Part shown: one piece after another, positions 53,031 to 64,000 of the stretch
How the letters are laid out: every line of letters begins with the position of its first letter
How positions within the stretch are numbered: the first letter of the stretch is position 1
NCBI GenBank assembly: GCA_965644265.1
Contig: OZ286462.1
Coordinates: forward strand, 69,812,001 to 69,876,000
From: Glycera tridactyla
Lineage: Eukaryota
Direction: 5' to 3'
DNA: 64,000 nt
The notes under the pieces: model-generated
What the model saw: only the letters and a program-made list of their open reading frames with translations
Told to the model about the DNA's origin: nothing
Database searches by the model: none
Made by a program: the position numbers and the translations under genes

Positions 53031-53267
53031 ACTGAACCTTTCTTGATGGAACGAAAAGGCTTGCCTGTGAATGGTGAGCCCATGGTTGGGGATGTCCGAT
53101 TTGAAGGCTATTGCGTTGAGCTCAATCGAAAGTTGTCTGAAATGATAAACTTCACATATGTGCTAAGACTTGTGAAAGATGGGAATTATGGTTCCCCTGC
53201 GAAGAATGCTACAGATGTGAACACTACGGATGAATGGAATGGTATGATAGGGGAACTGATCCGTAAT
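53031..53267 (+). CDS. GRIA: S1 ligand-binding exon, variant D
   Basis: TTTCAG acceptor, GTAAGT donor, 237 nt; TEPFLMERKGLPVNGEPMVGDVRFEGYCVELNRKLSEMINFTYVLRLVKDGNYGSPAKNATDVNTTDEWNGMIGELIRN. Confidence 0.92.
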
Positions 53268-56200
53268 GTAAGTCCCTTTTGGACCTGGGTGACTAGTGTG
53301 GTCATGACTTTGGTGTGGCCTGATCTGAGATTGTGTCATACTATGGTATGTCAAGAGGAGGAGTTTGTCTCACGTCTTAGTCATAATCACCTGGGATGTC
53401 CTGGGTCTTTGTCTCCTTGTCTACCTTCTTGGCCTGACAGCTTCAGATGAATCGAACTCCTACTATTTTGCTTTTTATCCTGGATGTTCCTGCATCTCAT
53501 CTTTCTATATATATTTGACAAGAGCCTGAATTACTAGCTAGTCATCACATACGGAATGCCGATCTACCAAGAGAGGCTTCTTTCTCATGTGTATACTAGG
53601 TATAGGGAATCAGAATGAGGAACTAGATGAGGCATGCTGGATCGTTGTATATAGGTTTTGGATGAAGTCTGTTTTTTCCATGTGAGATTGATGTTGCATT
53701 CGTCTCTAATCAACACACGACTCTTGCATATGACTAACTTGCATGCCATATTCAGTATGAAGAAATGCAGGGAGAAAACCGAACTAAAATCAAGTGCCAA
53801 TTGATCAGCTGTGAGGAGTTCCTCCAATTGATGGTGGCGAGGACGACTGCAATAACTATGATGCTGATGCTGAAGANNNNNNNNNNNNNNNNNNNNNNNN
53901 NNNNNNNNNNNNNNNNNNNNNNNNNNNNNNNNNNNNNNNNNNNNNNNNNNNNNNNNNNNNNNNNNNNNNNNNNNNNNNNNNNNNNNNNNNNNNNNNNNNN
54001 NNNNNNNNNNNNNNNNNNNNNNNNNNNNNNNNNNNNNNNNNNNNNNNNNNNNNNNNNNATTGTGATGGTGATGGTGATTTTGATGGTGATGGTGATGGTG
54101 ATGGTGATGTTGTTCTCGAAGGCGAGGGGATGAAGTGACCTGTTGAATGGGATGATGAGAGGCAGGAAGGCCTATGAAGTAGGATGGAGAGAAGGGCTAT
54201 GTTGATGATGAGTGTGGTATGATGAGTGGAAGTAGTAGCTGACGGGGCTAGGGTGATCATGATCACCCTTCGTATCCTGGTCTCAAACTCAGTCTTTTTA
54301 GGGTCGGATATGCCAAGGGAGAAAGACCGAAGACGTAAACAGACGCCTGTTCCTATGCGGATCTGTTCAGATTTATCCCCAGAAGAATACTGTCGCACCG
54401 TCGAGTATCATTCAGTAACATATCCACATTGGACCCCCTGAATGCAAATTATTTTGAAGGAAATGCATCACGAACTGATTGATTCAGGCCTATTTTATGT
54501 GATACCAACGGACAGGGGCACTATTGAGAATACCAATGAGGAATACTATGACGGGATTCATAAAACATCCAGCGCATGATTATCACCCCTCCTTCGACTG
54601 ACGACTTCCTCCCTGAAATCTTATTCACCCTGCTCTGTTTTATGCCCCTTGCGATTTTCTACCTTTTGCCCCATCCCTTCCATCCCCATAGTCTGGCGCG
54701 CTGCATTCTTTTCACCAGCAGCTTCATTTTATGTTACAGTTTCCTCGTATCTTTTTACGATTTGTAACTTTGCAATCTTCAATTTCAGATTGAAACTAGT
54801 ATTTTGTTACGATGCATTCTTAGGAAAGAAAGAAAACAGTTTTGGATGTGGCATACGATTTCTACTGAAACCCTATATAGCTTACCGAATGAGGCTGACA
54901 GGTATAATTGCCTGACATCCTATGTCTCACGCTAAATCGATACTATTTCATGGGATGGTCGATTATTTGTTTCACATTCCATGAGCTCATATTGAGACGC
55001 CAATGAAATGGATATTGGTTGGATCATTCTGGACTCAGAACGAAAGGTGAAAATTTCTGGAATAAACAGACATTCAGCGTGTCATCTCTTTAATTCATGG
55101 GGTAGTCGATTTAAAAGTTTGTGCACTTATCTCAATTGCAATGGTGACTTAATGGGTCCCTCGTGCTGCTATGGCAAGACAACCACTCGCCAGATATCCG
55201 ATAATCTTTCGGAACTGCCAAAATCCTTCCATCATATATGAAAGGCCGTGGAACATGATGATATACTTTTGCAAGCGAGTTTTATGGTTCCGCCTTCGAT
55301 TCGGATGGTAATACCATCCGAATTGCATACCTGTCTATCCCCTTGTAGTATGCAATCCATTTTTCTGTAATGCTTCTGTCATATTTGATGGAATTTTGGC
55401 TGACAAATGGATCACAATCAAGGCAGCCTCCGCGAATTGTGTATTGGATCTCTATCAATAGGAGATTGGGCAAGAGTGTCAGCCATTAGGAATAAGACTG
55501 CATGAGCTGGATATCAGAATTGACGATAGACAACCTGTACACCGTGGCCATGGCTCCGATAGAACTTTTGCAGCCAATGCCAGTCGATTATGTCTTCGAT
55601 AATGACCAATTACGAAAAAAAAAACTTTCTGAACATTCAATAAATTGAGAAAAGAGAAAGTAGTCACAAGATGCACATCTTGGCTATAAAACTGTCCACA
55701 TCATTCAGCTTCCACTGTCCATAATACCATGATTATGTCAAATTTCTTCAGAATTTTTCAATTGTTCTCTCTGGAGAATTGATAAAACGTCTTTAGAGAA
55801 AGTTGCTGAATACATTCATCATATCAAATGGAGCTTTCTGACCCCTGCCTCCTGGTATCATGATGTGAGTTCACTCGACTATGAAAGACGATTTGAACGA
55901 CTGCTGACAAAATATTTTCCTGAGTATTTACACATATTCAAGACTGTCTAGTGAATATTCTGTAAGCATGATGTATCTTTTCAATGTCAGAGTGCTATTT
56001 CAATCAATAGTGCAATGAGTGACTGGCATGAGGGGCAATCTGAAATGGTAAGAAGAAAGTCCATGTGATCAAATCTGGACGGACTGTATCTCAAAAAGAG
56101 GTACATATCGAGTAAGCGATACTTAGCTGGATGATTCTGGAAAATCAGGTCCATGTTATAGAATATGTGATATTCAGTAGTGTCATGCCTTGGGAGGATG

Positions 56201-57436
56201 GGGTATCATATGACGTACATATGACGAAATATATGATAACTGGTCACACCAGGCCTCATACGTATGCTAAATATGTTCGAATATCTGATACTCGCAATGG
56301 CGATGACATATGTGACTCTGATCGTGTCGTATCTGAAAGTGGGGTACGTTTGATAGAATGATAGTATTTCAGCTCAATTTAAATTATTGCATATTTGCAT
56401 GAAAGGCTGATACTTTCGTACTAGTATATGGTGAAGCAAATGATGTACAAATGTGATTTGTCTCTCTTCACTTGACTAGCTGAGACTGGCATATAACGAG
56501 GAATGTATAGTATAGTCTCAGATCAAAGCTTTCTATTGTGGTCAAACAGGCCTTGTAACCAATTATATGACTGAAGTCTAATCGAAAATCGTATCTTATT
56601 GGTATGAGAATTCCATTTCAATGACCAACAAATAAGCAGGAGGAAAAAAGAGTTAAGGACATGAATCGGTGACATTCCACACCGGATCTGTTCGTATAAC
56701 GGTGATGAGGGATATGGTAGCCTATATTACTCTGTCTCTAATTTCCATTCTTATAGTACATACCAAATCTCTATACATACTAATGAACATCCCTTAATGG
56801 CCAATAAATATCCCACGATGAATATTGATACCAACACCACATTTACCCAGATTCTATGATTGAATTATTCCCTCAAAATGTAACTCCACCAGGAGGAAAT
56901 AATTTGATTTCTCTCTCCATCCTAAGACTGCAAATACGTATAATTTTCAAAATAGCCTTATAGTAGGCATGCATTACTATGCATGGGTTTTCACACATGT
57001 TAATATTTTATAAGAAATTTAGGAATATGGCGCGCATTCTGATTTTCACTGTAGAATATATACTTAAATTGATTTGCACATTCACATCTTCACGACTGTA
57101 TAGATGAGTTATGCTGTGACTAATATTTTCCCATAGTTTGCATGTTGCATGTTTTCTTTTGATGGTGTACACCTATGCTGAATATTCATGCATGAAATTT
57201 ATGTGTTATCGTCGTCTATTTGGATAATTCGAGATACATGTTTTTGTGACTGTCATTGCAATTGATTGATATCATGACATTATTGGACCTGATGTAAAAC
57301 ATATGGCGTCTTCTTAACAAGATTGTGTAGGGATTAGTGTCTCTTGATGCCTAACAATAATCCATGAGTATGAATTGAAGTCAGTCGAACATCATCAGTG
57401 TAGATTGTGAGCTATCCAGTGATCATTTTATATTGT

Positions 57437-58530
57437 GAGCTACTGCTCTCTTCTCTCCCATGATCAGCGGACATTTTGATCTATTGCTGACATTTATCCC
57501 ATGATGAGTTTACATTGTCAGCTACTGCTCTCTTCTCTCCCATGATCAGCGGACATTTTGATCTATCGCTGACATTTATCCCATGATGAGTTTACATTTT
57601 GAGCTACTGCTCTCTTCTCTCCCATGATCAGCGGACATCTTGATCTATCGATGACATCATTCATCCCATGATGAGTTTACATTGTGAGCTACTGCTCACT
57701 TCTCTCCCATGATCAGCGGACATTTTGATCTATCGCTGACATTTATCACATGATGAATTTACATTGTGAGCTTCTGCTATCTTCTCGCCCATGATCTGCA
57801 GACATGTTGATCTATCGCTGACATTTATCCCATGATGAGTTTACATTGTGAGCTACTGCTCACTTCTCTCCCATGATCAGCGGACATTTTGATCTATCGC
57901 TGACATTTATCCCATGATGAATTTACATTGTGAGCTTCTGCTATCTTCTCGCCCATGATCTGCAGACATGTTGATCTATCGCTGACATTTATCCCATGAT
58001 GAGTTTACATTGTGAGCCACTGCTTACTTCTCTCCCATGATCAGCAGATATTTTGAACTATCGCTGACATTTATCCCATGATGAGTTTACATTGTGAGCC
58101 ACTGCTTACTTCTCTCCCATGATCATTGGATATTTTGATCTATCGCTGACATTTATCCCATGATGAATTTACATTGTGAGCTACTGCTATCTTCTCTCCC
58201 ATGATCAGCAGACATTTTGATCTATAGCTGACATCAATCCCATGATCAGTGCACATTGTGAGATAGTGCTGACTTCGATATTTGATAAGATATTCCATGT
58301 GCAGTCTACATTGTGAGCTAGTGCTGACTAATGTCCCATAAAAAGTGTACATTGTGAGATAGTCCTGACTTCTCTTCTATGATCAGTGCACATTCTGAGC
58401 TAGTGCTGACTTCTCTCCCATATTAAGTGTACATTGTGAAATAGTCCTGACTTCTCTTCTATGATCAGTGTACATTTTGAGCTGGTGCTGACTTATCATT
58501 CCATGACCGTTGATCATTGTGAGCTATCAC
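57437..58530. repeat. 82-bp minisatellite (dimer of 41-bp units) decaying into 41-bp monomers
   Basis: Units start at 57437, 57519 and onward; each has two related 41-bp halves, and only monomer-like units remain after ~58260. Confidence 0.92.
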
Positions 58531-60806
58531 TATCTTTTATTCCGAGTTTAATTGTTTGAATTGCTAGCAGCAATTACCCAGTTCACGTAACCATCACATG
58601 TGGTGAACGACGAAGATGCAATGCAGTTGTCTCCAACACAAGCGAAAGACCAGAAAAATGTTCCATATGACATTTTCTTGTGGCATTCATATGGGATATC
58701 GAGGATGCAGTGCATGGCAATGCACAGTTTCATCCAGGGAGTACCAAGTACTGTCTCAACAAGCAATGCATGTGGCATGAATGACGAAATAATGGCTGTG
58801 AAGGGTTCACGTTTTTCCTGAACTGTTCGTGTTTGAAGATGGATTCCATTCTGGGTTGGACCACCTCCTGGATTATAACATTTACCTTGTACCGCCATAG
58901 GTCCTACCTATTCACTCACCTGCATAGTCAATATCCGTGAGGAAATTACTGTGTGGTGTTTTCTGATTTTATACCACACAGAAAACAAGTAATTGCCCGA
59001 GCTTTTGCAAACCACGAGTGAATACTCATTGGCCACCCTGTATCTGGTCATGGGATGAAAGCAATATTTCACATGGGCTACAGAATGACTAATATCTACT
59101 TTTTGGAGTGAATTCATCAAACATATTCATGATATACAATCCATGGATTATTGTTCTGCATTCATACAAGATCTGCACGGAGACTGTTCATCATTAAGGA
59201 GAACATAGTTAGCACATCAATTATCACAACATTTTTTCCTCCTAGTTTCATAGAATTAGCCCTGACTAAGTGACAACACAATTCTGGGGGTGAAAGTCCA
59301 ACAAATATGATTATTCTCATACAAGATGTGAATCGAGATCAGACAGATTTGAGTATAATGTGAAACTAGCAATTCTGTTGAGATATTTTATTTGGATGCA
59401 GTTCTGAGATGCGGTGAGTAGCAATTTTGCTGAAGATCACACCACAATAGAGCTTTAGATATAGTAGACTGCACAATGATTGCACGGAGGAAGAACATTT
59501 CGAACTATTCATAGTTGCCACAATAACAGATTATGAATTATTTGGCATCAATATTTCTATAACATTTCGACGTCGGGTGATTAAGGATCGACCTTCGAGG
59601 ATTCGAAGAACCAATAAAAAGGCCGGAATCAGACTTTTTTCCGACTCATTGATAGGATGGCACAGGTAACAAGAGCGCAAAGCTGCGCTGAGTGATCTCC
59701 GATGAGAAAAAAAAAGGTCGTCGAATCGCCGTCCTTCGTGCGAGTACTGATCTCTGATTGGCTGGTTTTACGCACGCTATCTACAACTTCATTCATGAAT
59801 CGGCGCAGTGATCCATGAAACCTGGTAATAAGATGCGAACAAGGAGCACTATTTTTCCCCCTACAAATGATTATATCGACCAAAACATGGATTTTTCGAG
59901 ATTTATGCATACAGATAAGACAAATGGATGTCGAGGAATCCATTCATATGATCGTTTCCACTGTGAGTCTGATATTTCATCTATTATTTAGCCCCAAACA
60001 CTGGACTATTTGTGTGAAAAAGTAGTCCCGAATCTGTACGTAATAAACATGTCACCATGGAAGTGGGCGTGCCCAGAGAGGTTGATTGACAGGCATTTGT
60101 GCGTAGCTATACATCTCTGAGCGATTGTGTCTGAGTGCTTCGGTGATCGGCCACAAAAACGAGTGTTGAGAGAATTTCGTATCACGTAATCGATACTTTT
60201 CCTCAAATTGTCGTTCATCAGATCAATTAATCATCTTAAAATTGTGTTAGATTAGATCATTCGATCCTCTCACACATATCCAATCAAGATTCGTTTGATT
60301 ATATTGGCCTCGAGAGTCAGAATCGGCGAAGTTAGAAAGCATTTCAAGCAGAGAGGTGGCGGCATAATGATCTCCAACGGAGATCACAAAAACCAGCAAC
60401 ATCGCAGATATTTTGCATTTGCAGACGTAATGTCACGAATACGTAGACTTACGTGGTCAAATATGTCAGTTTATTCTAGCTTTGTTTCTGGTTTTCGGAC
60501 CTTTATGGTGCAAGAATAGCATGCAATCTCTCACGGTCGGACCAAATGTTGAGGCCTCAGGGTTTGGCATGATTAAGAAAACAATAGTGACAAACAGTAA
60601 GAAAGCATACGAATAAAAGAAAAATGTCTGATCCTTCATAAAATGCTATTAAGTAGTCTCGACGTAATGCCATGCAATCAAAATATAGAAGACCTATCTC
60701 ATTTAGAATAATCTATATATACATGTACTATATGATATGTGGATGAATTTCATTGACTACCAATCAGCCGAGGGTTACTGATCTGTAACTGATTTACATT
60801 ATCTAG

Positions 60807-61079
<273 letters not shown>

Positions 61080-61433
61080 TGATGTCATGTCCATTGTTAC
61101 ATTACATACCTGTCGAAGGTGGTGAATTGGGTACACATAGTATATTGTCCTATGATCACTATTGAATCATGTCTCTGTCATATATCCATTCATTCCCTTT
61201 CTTCATTCATTTATTCATTCTGTTATTCATCCGATTAATTATCTATCCATCAGTTCTCGATGGTTCAATCTATTATTCAATTGATTGATTACTTTATCTA
61301 CTTATTCATTCATTTAATCATTCATTGATTTATCTATCTAGCTATTAATTCATCTAATCATTCATATATTTTTCCATTATATATTACAATATATATAGCA
61401 GCTCAGGTACATTATTTTGCATTATCCCTGTAG

Positions 61434-61537
61434 GACAACACAGACGGGCCAACAGTGACGAATAATTTCACGATCTTCAACAGTTTGTGGTTCTCTCTTG
61501 GAGCTTTTATGCAACAGGGTACGGACATCGAACCCAG
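61434..61537 (+). CDS. GRIA: GRIA-like exon (M2 pore loop, Q/R site)
   Basis: TGTAG acceptor, AG|GTAGGT donor; [35 protein letters not shown]. Confidence 0.96.
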
Positions 61538-62089
61538 GTAGGTAGTCATGTTATTGCATATCATCATCACCATAAACCCATGGTGAAGATGGCGATAATG
61601 AAGAATAATATGGTCAACAAGCATTCGCTTGATCTGAAAATCATACTTTTTTTCGGTGTTCAAGTCTGGTCTGGTATCGGAATCTATAGAGAGAACATTC
61701 AGTGATACTTCTTCTAACATGAGCTTTTGACAAAAGTCAGAAATCCTTTAATTAGTTGTTGACTATGATATTAAACATGAATGTATCAGCGCTCTACACA
61801 TGAAAATGACTTTGCATTAGTTGATTACATACAGTACCAGTTGCTTCATCATTCACCACTCCATCTTCGATTGACTGATATTGGATGTAATTTGAGACCC
61901 ATCATATGGTCTAGCCTATATCGCCATCCAGCGAAGAGAACATCTATGGACAAAGAATATCCCCAACTGAACAGAAACCTTGGTGATAAATACCATTAGC
62001 ACTAAACCAACGTATCCTCACACGAGAAATAGTAGCACTCCATGAGCAACATGTCCACATGTCCATATGCGCATCATTCTGTGGGATCA

Positions 62090-62460
62090 TTCTGAATGGT
62101 CCAGCCATTTTTTCATTAGAACCTAACCAATTGTGACCAAGGCCATATGCAGGAATGTTTCCCCCCTATCTTCGCTCCTCCTTGGCAGGTGGTCCGATTT
62201 AGCCTACTCAAGTGCAGAAAGTGGACCTAAAACAACACCATTTCCATATACGTTTACCAGGATAGTTTCAAACACAACATCGCCAGTGGTCCAGCAATTT
62301 TCTATTTAGAGCCTGACTAATTTTGACCTAGGCCATATACGTTTACAAGGATAGTTTCAGGCACAACATCGCCAGTGGTCCAGCCATCGTCTCATTAGAA
62401 CCTAACCAATTTTGATCTAGGTCATATACGTTTACCAGGATAGCTTCAGACATAACAGGA
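62090..62460. repeat. ~89-bp tandem repeat (about 3 units) just upstream of the M3 exon
   Basis: TGGTCCAGC...TAGA.CCT.AC.AATT.TGA.C.AGG.CATATACGTTTAC.AGGATAG.TTCA at 62097, 62287 and 62376; the first unit contains the SINE insertion. Confidence 0.85.
62149..62243 (+). mobile_element. 5'-truncated copy of the same SINE with target-site duplication
   Basis: Matches ~42800-42900; flanked by CCATAT at 62143-62148 and 62244-62249; interrupts an ~89-bp tandem repeat unit. Confidence 0.75.
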
Positions 62461-62481
62461 TTCTGCGTCCTTTTCTTGCAG

Positions 62482-62680
62482 GTCGCTATCTGGTCGGATT
62501 GTGGGTAGTGTGTGGTGGTTCTTTACCCTGATCGTCATCTCATCGTACACGGCTAACTTAGCTGCCTTCTTGACAGCGGAACGTATGCAGAGCGCTATTG
62601 AGTCAGCTGATGATCTCGCTAAACAGACCGAAATCAAATATGGAACTATAGAAGGAGGATCAACCATGGGCTTCTTCAAG
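62482..62680 (+). CDS. GRIA: GRIA-like exon (M3, SYTANLAAF gate, start of S2)
   Basis: TTGCAG acceptor; [66 protein letters not shown]; ends at a non-canonical AAG|GCAAGA donor. Confidence 0.95.
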
Positions 62681-63341
62681 GCAAGACCTATTCATTACTC
62701 ACTTGAGATAGATAACAGGAGTAAAAGGCAGGGGTACTCACAGATAGACAGACAGACAAGCAGACACACGCACACACGCACTCACACATTCAGATGAGCT
62801 GACACATGGGCGGTCGAATGAATAGAGGAATGAAGGAATAGTTAGACGGATTCATATAAATNNNNNNNNNNNNNNNNNNNNNNNNNNNNNNNNNNNNNNN
62901 NNNNNNNNNNNNNNNNNNNNNNNNNNNNNNNNNNNNNNNNNNNNNNNNNNNNNNNNNNNNNNNNNNNNNNNNNNNNNNNNNNNNNNNNNNNNNNNNNNNN
63001 NNNNNNNNNNNNNNNNNNNNNNNNNNNNNNNTTAACAATTGTATGATAATGTTGCTTAGATCTCCACTAAGAAATCACCTCATATATTCCTGATTTCACG
63101 CTAAGGTATATGATAAAATGCATGGTAGGATACTATTCATATGAGTGTCAAGTGCTGATTAATTGGTTGATAACCATTTTCCCCTGTCCTTTCCTTTCAA
63201 GCTTCGAATGCAATGCATATATGTACTTCTATATGCACCCCACACAACACATTAATTACTGCCGTATATCATATGTAAAATCCCATTGAATTTTCTCCTT
63301 GCTTCCATTATTCGACTGATAGTGATCTGGTTTGTGCACAG

Positions 63342-63437
63342 GGCTCATCGATTCAAGTATATCAGCGGATGTGGGCATTCATGAGTTCAGCAGATCCGTC
63401 AGTTTTCGTCAAATCAAATGAAGAGGGAGTTCGTCGG
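63342..63437 (+). CDS. GRIA: GRIA-like exon (S2)
   Basis: CACAG acceptor; [32 protein letters not shown] followed by GTAAG and then an N run. The exon end is uncertain: it may end at CGG|GTAAG or continue as VR into the Ns. Confidence 0.85.
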
Positions 63438-64000
63438 GTAAGNNNNNNNNNNNNNNNNNNNNNNNNNNNNNNNNNNNNNNNNNNNNNNNNNNNNNNNNNN
63501 NNNNNNNNNNNNNNNNNNNNNNNNNNNNNNNNNNNNNNNNNNNNNNNNNNNNNNNNNNNNNNNNNNNNNNNNNNNNNNNNNNNNNNNNNNNNNNNNNNNN
63601 NNNNNNNNNNNNNNNNNNNNNNATCATGCTCATTATCCTTATCATCATTATCCTTATCATCATCATTATCACTGTTATCGTTATCGTTCATTATTATTAG
63701 TCGTAGTAGCATTATCAAAATCATCATTATCATCATCGTTATCATTACAAAAAATCATAAATGACAGCACTTCGGTGATCGACCACGATGACGGCGATGA
63801 CGATACTCATGATGATAATTATGGTGATGATTGACGATTGACGATGACCACAAAGACGTTGGCGATGATAATCATGATGATCATCAATACTTACAATATG
63901 AAATGATGGTAGGTCCGATAGCAAAATGAATTTCTAGGCCTGCTGCAAGGAATGCGTATTAAAGACAATGCCATATCTTTAGATTTAAGATAAAACTGCA

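Noticed and set aside
44726-53267. The four S1 exons as an assembly artefact or collapsed haplotypes
   Set aside because: The copies are only about 40-70% identical in protein, differ in length, are heavily diverged at synonymous sites, and have unrelated flanking introns.
61538-62481. Editing-complementary sequence for the Q/R site
   Set aside because: Only matches of 9 nt or less were found (e.g. AGAGAGAAC at ~61689); no extended duplex was visible by eye.

Overview
Eukaryotic (animal, probably invertebrate; taxon inferred) genomic DNA with many N runs, most flanked by simple repeats. Bases 1-27 kb look intergenic: microsatellites, minisatellites, MITEs and SINE/LINE remnants. From about 28.2 kb to the window end, the + strand carries a multi-exon AMPA-type ionotropic glutamate receptor gene (GRIA/GluA-like). 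I could join 14 exon positions in frame, from the signal peptide through the ATD, S1, M1-M3 and the start of S2; the rest of S2, M4 and the C-tail lie beyond the window. The main discovery is that the exon encoding the first half of the S1 ligand-binding segment (TEP...GEL(V/I)RN) is present as four intact, diverged tandem copies (44726-44944, 45455-45673, 47877-48098, 53031-53267). All are phase 0/0 with canonical splice sites, the architecture of a mutually exclusive exon cassette that would swap part of the glutamate-binding lobe. Supporting features are a highly structured intron between copies A and B and a probable decayed fifth copy. Also notable are a partial duplication of an ATD exon, a GC-AG intron, and a 26-copy array of AP-1-type motifs upstream of the gene.
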